DNA of 18,013 bases, taken from positions 1-18,013 of the forward strand of contig JAWSUI010000067.1 of NCBI GenBank assembly GCA_033551855.1, read 5' to 3'. Below the pieces are notes generated by a model that ran no database searches, had not been told where the DNA came from, and saw only the letters and a list, made by a program, of their open reading frames with translations. Shown piece after piece: positions 10,973-17,850 of the stretch. A program made the translations under genes and the position numbers. Numbering within the stretch: position 1 is the stretch's first letter; each line of letters opens with the position of its first letter. Source of the DNA: Deferrisomatales bacterium. Lineage in GTDB: Bacteria > Desulfobacterota > Deferrisomatia > Deferrisomatales > JACRMM01.

Positions 10973-11736
10973 TCGTCCTGAAGTCCGCCCGCGAGCTCGA
11001 GGAGATGGGGCGGGTGAACCGAACCGTCGCCAACATCCTCGCGCGGGTGCGGCAGGCGGTGAAGCCCGGGGCGACCACGGGGGACCTGGAGGACATCGCC
11101 CAAGAGGAGGTGGCCCGGCGGGGCGTGGTGGCGGCGTTCCAGGGGGTGAAGAACCCGCAGGGGCGACCGTACCCCTGCTGTCTGTGCACCTCGGTGAACG
11201 ACGAGGTGGTTCACGGGATTCCGAGCCGGGACCGGGTGCTCGCGGACGGGGACCTGCTGAGCGTGGACTGCGGGGTCCTGGAACGGGGCTTTTACGGCGA
11301 CGCCGCCTTCAGCGTGGTGGTGGGCCGGGCGACCCCCCGGGGAGCGGCCCTGATCCGGGCGGCGGAGGATGCCTTGGCGGCCGGCATCGAGGAGGCCCGG
11401 GTGGGTCGGCGTGTCGGGGACGTCTCGGCAGCGATCCAATCCGTGGTGGAGGGCGCGGGGTTCACTGTGGTGCGGGAGTTCGTGGGGCACGGGATCGGGC
11501 GGTCCCTCCACGAGGAGCCTCAGGTGCCGAACTACGGGAAGGCCGGCACCGGGGCTCGGCTTCGGGGCGGCATGGTGCTCGCCATCGAGCCCATGATCAA
11601 CGACGGGGCGACCGGCGTGGTAGTGGATGCGGACGGGTGGACCGCCCGCACCCGGGACGGGAGCCTGGCTGCCCACGCCGAGCACACGGTGGCGGTCACG
11701 GAGCAGGGACCCGTGATCCTGAGCCGCCCGGACTGA
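10969..11736 (+). CDS. map: Type I methionine aminopeptidase
   Basis: [44 protein letters not shown] overlaps the adk stop (TTGA). Confidence 0.96.
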   Translation: MIVLKSARELEEMGRVNRTVANILARVRQAVKPGATTGDLEDIAQEEVARRGVVAAFQGVKNPQGRPYPCCLCTSVNDEVVHGIPSRDRVLADGDLLSVDCGVLERGFYGDAAFSVVVGRATPRGAALIRAAEDALAAGIEEARVGRRVGDVSAAIQSVVEGAGFTVVREFVGHGIGRSLHEEPQVPNYGKAGTGARLRGGMVLAIEPMINDGATGVVVDADGWTARTRDGSLAAHAEHTVAVTEQGPVILSRPD

Positions 11737-11752
11737 GGGAGGAGACGAGGGC

Positions 11753-11971
11753 ATGGCCAAAGAGGAAGCGATCGAGGTTGAGGGGACGGTCGTCGAGCCT
11801 CTGCCCAACGCCATGTTCCGCGTGGAGTTGGACAACGGACATCGGGTGCTCGCCCACGTCTCCGGGAAAATGAGGAAGTTCTTCATCCGAATCCTGCCGG
11901 GGGACCGGGTCACCGTGGAGCTGTCTCCCTACGACCTGACCCGAGGGCGGATCACGTACCGGAAGAAGTAG
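11753..11971 (+). CDS. infA: Translation initiation factor IF-1
   Basis: 72 aa, [25 protein letters not shown]...[15 protein letters not shown]. Confidence 0.99.
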   Translation: MAKEEAIEVEGTVVEPLPNAMFRVELDNGHRVLAHVSGKMRKFFIRILPGDRVTVELSPYDLTRGRITYRKK

Positions 11972-11994
11972 CCGAGAGGGCTCGGGAGAAACCA

Positions 11995-12108
11995 ATGAAA
12001 GTGCGGCCTTCCGTCAAGAGGATCTGCGACAAGTGCAAGGTGATCCTCCGCAAGGGAATCGTCCGGATCATTTGCGAGAACCCCCGGCACAAGCAACGCC
12101 AGGGCTGA
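11995..12108 (+). CDS. rpmJ: 50S ribosomal protein L36 (Zn-binding form)
   Basis: Hand translation: [37 protein letters not shown] (37 aa); too short for the ORF track. Confidence 0.97.
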   Translation: MKVRPSVKRICDKCKVILRKGIVRIICENPRHKQRQG

Positions 12109-12212
12109 GAGATCGGGCGCGGCCGGGACGGGGCGCCGCGGGCGCGGGATCCTGAGAGGTCCGCCCCCGTGCGCCGGGCCCCGGCGCAGAACCCACCAGA
12201 GGAGGTCAGACA

Positions 12213-12563
12213 GTGGCGAGAGTTTCCGGTGTCGACTTGCCGCGCACCAAGCGCATCGAGGTCGCGCTCACGTACATCTACGGGATCGGTCGCTCCTCGG
12301 CGCGCACGATCCTTCGGACGGCCGAGGTCGATTGGGACCGTAAGGCCGGAGACCTGACGGACGACGAGCTCCAGAAGATCCGAAAGGTGATCGACGAGCG
12401 GCACAAGGTGGAAGGGGATCTGCGCCGCGAGGTGCTGGCCAACGTCAAGCGCCTCATGGATCTCGGGTGCTACCGGGGGCTTCGGCACCGCAAGGGGCTC
12501 CCGGTACGGGGGCAGCGCACCCGCACCAACGCCCGGACCCGCAAGGGACCGCGGCGGAGATAG
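12213..12563 (+). CDS. rpsM: 30S ribosomal protein S13
   Basis: [62 protein letters not shown] after GGAGGT. Confidence 0.98.
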   Translation: MARVSGVDLPRTKRIEVALTYIYGIGRSSARTILRTAEVDWDRKAGDLTDDELQKIRKVIDERHKVEGDLRREVLANVKRLMDLGCYRGLRHRKGLPVRGQRTRTNARTRKGPRRR

Positions 12564-12596
12564 AACCGGCATCACTGACGCAGCAGTGGAGGAGTC

Positions 12597-12992
12597 ATGG
12601 CGAAGAGGTCGAGCGGCGCCCGAAGGGTGAAGAAGGTCAAGAAGAACGTTCGCGACGGGATCGCTCATATCCGCAGCACGTTCAACAACACGGTCATCAC
12701 CATCACCGACCTGAGCGGGAACACCGTCGCCTGGTCCAACGCGGGCGTGGCCGGCTTCAAGGGGTCGCGGAAGAGCACCCCCTTCGCCGCCCAGATGGCG
12801 GGCAAGGATGCCGCCGAGAAGGCGATGGAGCACGGGATGCGCAACGTCGTGGTGTACGTGAAGGGGCCCGGCTCGGGCCGCGAGGGCGCGGTGCGGGCCC
12901 TCCACGCGGCGGGTCTCACCCTCACCGCGATCAAGGATGTGACCCCGATCCCCCATAACGGATGCCGTCCGCCGAAGCGGCGCCGAGTGTAA
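12597..12992 (+). CDS. rpsK: 30S ribosomal protein S11
   Basis: [44 protein letters not shown]. Confidence 0.99.
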   Translation: MAKRSSGARRVKKVKKNVRDGIAHIRSTFNNTVITITDLSGNTVAWSNAGVAGFKGSRKSTPFAAQMAGKDAAEKAMEHGMRNVVVYVKGPGSGREGAVRALHAAGLTLTAIKDVTPIPHNGCRPPKRRRV

Positions 12993-13016
12993 GCAGAGAG
13001 CACAGGAGGTACCGCC

Positions 13017-13643
13017 TTGGCAAGGTATCGAGGAGCCGTCTGCCGGCTATGCCGGCGCGAGCGGATGAAGCTGTTCCTGAAGGGCGACCGCTGCTACACG
13101 GACAAGTGTGCCGTGGAACGCCGCAACTATCCCCCGGGCCAGCACGGCCAGGGGCGGGTCAAGGTTTCGGAGTACGGCCGCCAGCTGCGGGAGAAGCAGA
13201 AGGTGCGCCGGGTCTACGGGATGCAGGAGGGGCAGTTCCGCATCTACTTTTCGGAAGCGGACCGGTCCAAGGGCGTCACAGGTCTTCGCCTGCTCCAGTT
13301 GCTGGAGTCGCGGCTGGACAACATGGCCTACCGGATGGGGTTCGCCAATTCCCGCTCGGAGGCGCGCCACCTGGTGCGCCACGGCCACTTCACGGTGAAC
13401 GGCCGCCGGGTGAACATCCCTTCCTACCTGACCAAGCCGGGCGACACGGTGGCGGTGCGGGAGAAGAGCCGCAAGATCCCGGCGGTGATCTCGGCCCTGG
13501 AGAACCTGGCGAGCCGGGGCGCCCCCCGATGGCTCGAGGTGGACGCGAAGGCCTTCCAGGGGACGGTCAAGGAGCTCCCCGCGCGGGACGACCTCACCCT
13601 GCCTATCGAAGAGCACCTGATCGTGGAGCTGTACTCGAAGTAA
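13017..13643 (+). CDS. rpsD: 30S ribosomal protein S4 (Cys/Zn form)
   Basis: [46 protein letters not shown] after AGGAGGT. Confidence 0.98.
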   Translation: MARYRGAVCRLCRRERMKLFLKGDRCYTDKCAVERRNYPPGQHGQGRVKVSEYGRQLREKQKVRRVYGMQEGQFRIYFSEADRSKGVTGLRLLQLLESRLDNMAYRMGFANSRSEARHLVRHGHFTVNGRRVNIPSYLTKPGDTVAVREKSRKIPAVISALENLASRGAPRWLEVDAKAFQGTVKELPARDDLTLPIEEHLIVELYSK

Positions 13644-13682
13644 GATTCCGATGGGTACGGCCATCGGTGGAGGTTGTGGACG

Positions 13683-14690
13683 TTGCAAGAGAGAAACTGG
13701 CGTGAGCTGATCCGACCGAAGCGGCTCGAGGCAGAGCCCGAGACCCTGAGTGCGACGTACGGGAAGTTCGTGGCGGAACCGCTGGAGAGGGGTTTTGGCA
13801 CGACCTTGGGAAACGCCCTGCGCAGGGTGCTGCTGTCCAGTCTCCAGGGGGCAGCCATCTGCCAGGTCAAGTTCGACGGGGTGCCCCACGAGTTCTCGAC
13901 GATCCCCGGGGCGAAAGAGGACGTGAGCGAGATCATCCTGAACCTCAAGGAGGTTCGGCTGCGCGCCCACACCGACAAGGCAAAGCGGCTGCGAATCCAG
14001 AAGACCGGGCCCGCCACCGTGACTGCCGGGGATATCGAGGCCGGCAGCACGATCGATGTGCTCAACCCCGACCAGCACATCGCAACCCTCGCGGAAGGGG
14101 CCAAGCTCGATGCCGAGCTGGTGGTGAAGGTGGGGAAGGGGTACATCCCCTCGGACCGGAACAAGGACGAGGACATGCCCATCGGGTGGATCGCCCTGGA
14201 CGCGATCTTCAGCCCCATGGAGAAGGTCAACGTCCGGGTGGAGCAGGCCAGGGTGGGCCAGAGGACGGACTACGACAAGCTGATCCTGGAAGTGTGGACC
14301 GACGGGAGCGTCAAACCCCAGGACGCGATCGCCTACGGCGCCAAGATCCTGAAGGACCAGGTGCAGGTGTTCATCAACTTCGACGAGGGCAGCGCGGATT
14401 CGGAGTCCTTCGAGGAGAGGGAGAGCTATACGTACAACCCCAACCTCGACCGCAAGGTGAGCGAGCTCGAGCTCTCGGTACGCGCGGCCAACTGCCTCAA
14501 GGCGGCCAACATCCGCTACATCGGCGAGCTCGTGCAGAAGACCGACGCGGAGATGCTCAAGACCAAGAACTTCGGCCGGAAGTCCCTGAACGAGATCAAG
14601 GATATCATGGTGACCATGAACCTCCATCTCGGCATGGAGCTCCCGGGGTGGAGCCCGCCGGAGGAGACCATCGAGGAAGAGGAAGCGTAG
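13683..14690 (+). CDS. rpoA: DNA-directed RNA polymerase subunit alpha
   Basis: EPLERGFGTTLGNALRRVLLSSL, ARVGQRTDYDKL, LELSVRAANCLK, KNFGRKSLNEIK; TTG at 13683 is well spaced from GGAGGT (13669-13674); TTG at 13674 is an alternative. Confidence 0.97.
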   Translation: MQERNWRELIRPKRLEAEPETLSATYGKFVAEPLERGFGTTLGNALRRVLLSSLQGAAICQVKFDGVPHEFSTIPGAKEDVSEIILNLKEVRLRAHTDKAKRLRIQKTGPATVTAGDIEAGSTIDVLNPDQHIATLAEGAKLDAELVVKVGKGYIPSDRNKDEDMPIGWIALDAIFSPMEKVNVRVEQARVGQRTDYDKLILEVWTDGSVKPQDAIAYGAKILKDQVQVFINFDEGSADSESFEERESYTYNPNLDRKVSELELSVRAANCLKAANIRYIGELVQKTDAEMLKTKNFGRKSLNEIKDIMVTMNLHLGMELPGWSPPEETIEEEEA

Positions 14691-14709
14691 CCGAGCCCTC
14701 GGAGTCCGC

Positions 14710-14874
14710 CACAGAAGCCGCGGAGAGACGTCAGCGGCAGCTCCGCGCGGATGCGGGGCGCCAGGCGTCCACGCACGGCGGGTTCGGCGGCGGCACGGCA
14801 CACAGATTCGGCCGCGTCTCTTCGCGCCTGTGCATTGAAGCGTCGAAACGCGGGCCCAGGGAAAGGAACGAGAC
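14710..14874 (+). promoter_or_regulatory. Structured RNA element in the rpoA-rplQ spacer (candidate rplQ leader)
   Basis: 12-bp long-range helix 14719-14730 / 14815-14826 (one G-U), outer CACAG/CTGTG helix, inner hairpin 14743-14778. Confidence 0.4.
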
Positions 14875-15327
14875 ATGCGCCACAGGATCTCCGGCCGGAA
14901 GCTGGGCCGCAACGCTGCCCACCGCAAGGCCTTATTCCGGAACATGGTCACCGCGCTCTTCGAGCACGAGCGGATACAGACGACCGACGCCAAGGCGAAG
15001 GAGCTCCGCCGGGTGGCGGAGAAGCTCATCACCTTGGGCAAGCGCGGCGATCTGCACGCGCGGCGCCAGGCGCTCGCCTACGTGCAGGACAAGGGCGTGG
15101 TCGCAAAGCTCTTCGAGCAGCTCTCCCCGCGCTACGCCCAGCGGCCGGGGGGCTACACGCGGATCGTCAAGCTGGGCATCCGGCGGGGCGACGCGGCCCC
15201 GGTGAGCTTGCTCGAGCTGGTGCAGGAGCCTTACGTGCCGCAGGCGGATCGGAAGAAGGGGCCGGCGGCTCCCGAGATGACCCCCCTGGCGAGACCCCAG
15301 ACGCCCGAGGGCGCGCCCGGGGCGTGA
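14875..15327 (+). CDS. rplQ: 50S ribosomal protein L17 with Pro/Ala-rich C-terminal tail
   Basis: [50 protein letters not shown]. Confidence 0.98.
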   Translation: MRHRISGRKLGRNAAHRKALFRNMVTALFEHERIQTTDAKAKELRRVAEKLITLGKRGDLHARRQALAYVQDKGVVAKLFEQLSPRYAQRPGGYTRIVKLGIRRGDAAPVSLLELVQEPYVPQADRKKGPAAPEMTPLARPQTPEGAPGA

Positions 15328-15351
15328 CGTCGGTGGGGCGATGGACGGAAG

Positions 15352-15384
15352 AACAGGGCAAGGGGTCACCCTTGCCCTGTTTTC
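15352..15384 (+). terminator. Rho-independent terminator closing the ribosomal supercluster
   Basis: Perfect 13-bp inverted repeat AACAGGGCAAGGG (15352-15364) / loop GTCA / CCCTTGCCCTGTT (15369-15381); short T run at 15380-15383; 24 nt after the rplQ stop. Confidence 0.8.
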
Positions 15385-15386
15385 GT

Positions 15387-16166
15387 GTGCGCCCGGGGGG
15401 GGGGTTGGCAGCGGAAGGGCTCTGGGTGCGCCGGGGACAGGCCCCGGTGCTGAGGGGGGTCGACCTCTCCCTGAGCCCTGGTGAGCACGTGGCCCTCGTC
15501 GGGCCCAACGGTTCGGGGAAGACCACCCTCCTCCTCGCTCTCAAGGGCGCGATCCCCCCCGCCGAGGGACGGGTGCTGCTGGGCGAGGGGCCGGTGGAGC
15601 GCCATGACCCCCGGGTGGGCCTCGTCTTCTCCAACCCGGAGGACCAAGGCGTCGCCCCCGTGGTGGAGGACGACGTAGCCTTCGGCCTCGAGAGCCGGGG
15701 GCTGTCCCCCCAAGAGATCCGGCGCCGGGTCGACGAGAGCCTCCGGGCGGCGGGCTTGTGGGAACTGCGGGCGGCGCCCACCCACACCCTCTCCGGCGGC
15801 CAGGCGCAGCAGCTTGCCCTGGCGGCGGTCCTGGCCGTGGGGGCCCGGTTCCTGCTCTTGGACGAGGCCACCTCGATGCTCAGCCCGTGGGACCGGGATG
15901 CGGTGATGGCCGCCGTGGCGACCCTCCGGGAAGCCGGCGCGGGCGTCCTCCAGGTGACCCACCAGGGCGAGGAGGTGCTCGGGGCAGATCGGGTCGTGGC
16001 CCTGGACCATGGGAAGGTGGCCTTCTCCGGTTCGCCCTCCGAGTACTTCGGCTGGGGGGAAAGGAGCCTGCCCGTCCCGCCGTACGAGGGGCTGCGCCGA
16101 AGGGCGGCCGATGCCGGCCTTGGGGCCCCGGCCTTTCGAGAGCTTCTCGCGTGGGTGGGGAGGTGA
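15387..16166 (+). CDS. ECF-type (EcfA1/CbiO-like) ABC ATPase
   Basis: Walker A GPNGSGKT, VGLVFSNPEDQ..VVEDDVAFGLE, LSGGQ, LLLDEATSML, VTH. Start uncertain: GTG 15387 or TTG 15405. ORF-track start at 14751 overlaps rplQ and is not credible. Confidence 0.85.
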   Translation: MRPGGGLAAEGLWVRRGQAPVLRGVDLSLSPGEHVALVGPNGSGKTTLLLALKGAIPPAEGRVLLGEGPVERHDPRVGLVFSNPEDQGVAPVVEDDVAFGLESRGLSPQEIRRRVDESLRAAGLWELRAAPTHTLSGGQAQQLALAAVLAVGARFLLLDEATSMLSPWDRDAVMAAVATLREAGAGVLQVTHQGEEVLGADRVVALDHGKVAFSGSPSEYFGWGERSLPVPPYEGLRRRAADAGLGAPAFRELLAWVGR

Positions 16167-17092
16167 TCCGCGCCGAGGGCATCTGCGTGCGGCGCGGCGG
16201 GCGGGGCAGGCCGGCCGGGGAGGTCCTCCGGGGAGTGTCTCTGGCCTTGGGGTCCGGCGAGCTCGTCGCCGTCCTCGGGCGGCCGGGCTCCGGCAAGACC
16301 ACCCTCCTGGAGGGGCTCGCCGGGCTCCTGCCCCTGAGCCGGGGACGGGTGGAGCTGCGCACCGGCGCCGGGGCATGGTCCTGGGAGGCGGGGCGGGAGC
16401 CGCCCGCCGCGGCGCGGCGCGCCTGTGGGCTCCTCTTCCAGTACCCCGAGCGGCAGCTGGTGGGGCGCACGCCCCGCGAGGACGCCTGCTGGGGGCTCGG
16501 GGGGGCGGACCCGGAGGCGGCGGCGCGGGAGGGGCTCCTCCGGGCCGGCGTCCCCGAGGAGCTCTGGGGAGCGGCGGTGGAGCGCCTGAGCCGGGGGGAG
16601 AAGCGCCGGGTGGCCCTGGCGGGCATCCTGGCCCGGCGGCCGGAGGTCCTGCTTCTCGACGAGCCCTCGGTGGGGCTCGACCCGGAAGGGCAGCGGCTGG
16701 TCTGGGAGGAGGTGGCGGCCTTCCGGGCAACCGGCGGGGCCGTGGTGGTTGCCACCCACTGGCCGGAGGCACTCCTCCCCGTCGCGAGCCGGGTGCTGTG
16801 CCTGGACGGCGGCGAGGAGCGCTTTCAGGGTACGCCGGCGGAGCTGCTGGCGGCAGCCGGGAGGGACGCCGGGCTGCGCGGCCTGCTGCCCTTCGCGTGG
16901 CGGCTGGGCCTGGCGCTCGGTGCCGAAGGCCCCCTGCCCGCCGAGGCGCGCCCCTGGGGCGAGGCGGCACGGGAGTGGCTGCGGGACGCGGGGCGGGTGC
17001 CCCTTCCCGCGGGTCAGCCGCCGGAGACCACCCCCTGCAGTGCCGCGCAGACGGCCGACACCTCTTCCCGGAGGCCCTCGTCCAGGTCGTAG
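16163..17092 (+). CDS. ECF-type (EcfA2-like) ABC ATPase
   Basis: Walker A GRPGSGKT, GLLFQYPERQL (FQYPE is typical of EcfA2), LSRGEKRRVALAGILA, LLLDEPSVGLDP, ATH; GTG overlaps the upstream stop (GTGA). Confidence 0.87.
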   Translation: MIRAEGICVRRGGRGRPAGEVLRGVSLALGSGELVAVLGRPGSGKTTLLEGLAGLLPLSRGRVELRTGAGAWSWEAGREPPAAARRACGLLFQYPERQLVGRTPREDACWGLGGADPEAAAREGLLRAGVPEELWGAAVERLSRGEKRRVALAGILARRPEVLLLDEPSVGLDPEGQRLVWEEVAAFRATGGAVVVATHWPEALLPVASRVLCLDGGEERFQGTPAELLAAAGRDAGLRGLLPFAWRLGLALGAEGPLPAEARPWGEAAREWLRDAGRVPLPAGQPPETTPCSAAQTADTSSRRPSSRS

Positions 17093-17796
17093 GGGCTCAC
17101 CCCTTCGCGGTCGGCGCGCCGGATGGAGTCCCGGTAGGTGAGGTGGCCGAGGACCGGCATGGGGGCCACCCCCTTCTCGACGATCTCCCGGTCCTGGTCC
17201 CCCGTCACCTTGTTGCCCACCACGTAGACCCGCTTGACCCCCAGATCGGTGGCCAGCCGCCGGATCTGGTGGGCCGTCTGGACCGCCCGCTGACCCGGCT
17301 CGACCACGACCACGAAGACGTCCATGCTCTCGGTGCTGCCCCGGGCCAGGTGCTCCAGGCCGGCCTCCATGTCGACGATCACGGTCTCGCCGCGGCCGAC
17401 CATGAGGTGGCGCATGAGCCCTCGCAGCAGGGTTCCCTCCGGGCAGAGGCACCCTCCACCCCCCTTGGGCACGGTGCCGAGGGTCAGGAGCTTGACCCCG
17501 TCCCGAGTGAGGCTGTAGGTGTCGGGGATGTCGTCGACCTTGGGGTTGAGCTTGAACATCCCCCCAAAGGTGCCCGGCTGGGCCCCCGTGCGCTCGGCCA
17601 CGAGGTCCTTCATCTGGGCCAGGGGCTGGACCTCACGCGCCTGCTCGGGGGGGATCCCGAGGGCCGAGGGGAGGTTCGAGTCGGGGTCGGCGTCGATGGC
17701 CAGGACCTTCTCTCCCCGGTCCGCCAGGAGCCGGGCGAGGCAACCGGCGAGGGTGGTCTTCCCGACGCCGCCTTTTCCACTGATCGCAATCTTCAT
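17014..17796 (-). CDS. cooC: CooC-family nickel-insertion ATPase (CO dehydrogenase/acetyl-CoA synthase maturation; MinD/SIMIBI class)
   Basis: MKIAISGKGGVGKTT, IDADPDSNL, FKLNPKVDDIP, GGGCLCPE (CxC metal site), VDMEAGLEHLARG; ATG at 17796 with GGAGGAG upstream. Confidence 0.9.
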   Translation of the reverse strand: MKIAISGKGGVGKTTLAGCLARLLADRGEKVLAIDADPDSNLPSALGIPPEQAREVQPLAQMKDLVAERTGAQPGTFGGMFKLNPKVDDIPDTYSLTRDGVKLLTLGTVPKGGGGCLCPEGTLLRGLMRHLMVGRGETVIVDMEAGLEHLARGSTESMDVFVVVVEPGQRAVQTAHQIRRLATDLGVKRVYVVGNKVTGDQDREIVEKGVAPMPVLGHLTYRDSIRRADREGVSPYDLDEGLREEVSAVCAALQGVVSGG

Positions 17797-17820
17797 GGGT
17801 TCTCCTCCGCGAACCCGCAA

Positions 17821-17850
17821 ACCGTAGCACCTCCCCCGATACCGTGTAAA
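17821..17850 (-). promoter_or_regulatory. Putative sigma70-type promoter for cooC
   Basis: Minus strand reads TTTACA (17850-17845), 18-nt spacer, TACGGT (17826-17821) preceded by TGn (extended -10), shortly upstream of the cooC SD. Confidence 0.55.

Noticed and set aside
12540..12563. Possibly truncated S13 C-terminus (ends KGPRRR)
   Set aside because: The basic tail length varies naturally; no sign of a frameshift.
14691..14874. 6S RNA or SRP RNA in the rpoA-rplQ spacer
   Set aside because: Length resembles 6S RNA, but I see no end-to-end closing stem with a central bubble and no SRP helix 8 motif; retained only as an unassigned structured element.
15230..15327. C-terminal extension of L17
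   Set aside because: Low-complexity L17 tails are common and not evidence of a new domain.
14751..15386. Long N-terminal extension of EcfA1 in the ORF track (471 aa)
   Set aside because: Alternative frame over rplQ that crosses the terminator; ABC homology begins only near 15405.
15167..17452. 761-aa and 534-aa minus-strand ORFs over the ECF genes
   Set aside because: Low-complexity Pro/Arg/Gly/Ala translations opposite clear ABC ATPase genes; not EcfT-like, as no transmembrane segments are evident.
17821..17850. NikR or CooA operator at the cooC promoter
   Set aside because: No convincing inverted repeat matching GTATGA-N16-TCATAC or TGTCA-N6-TGACA.
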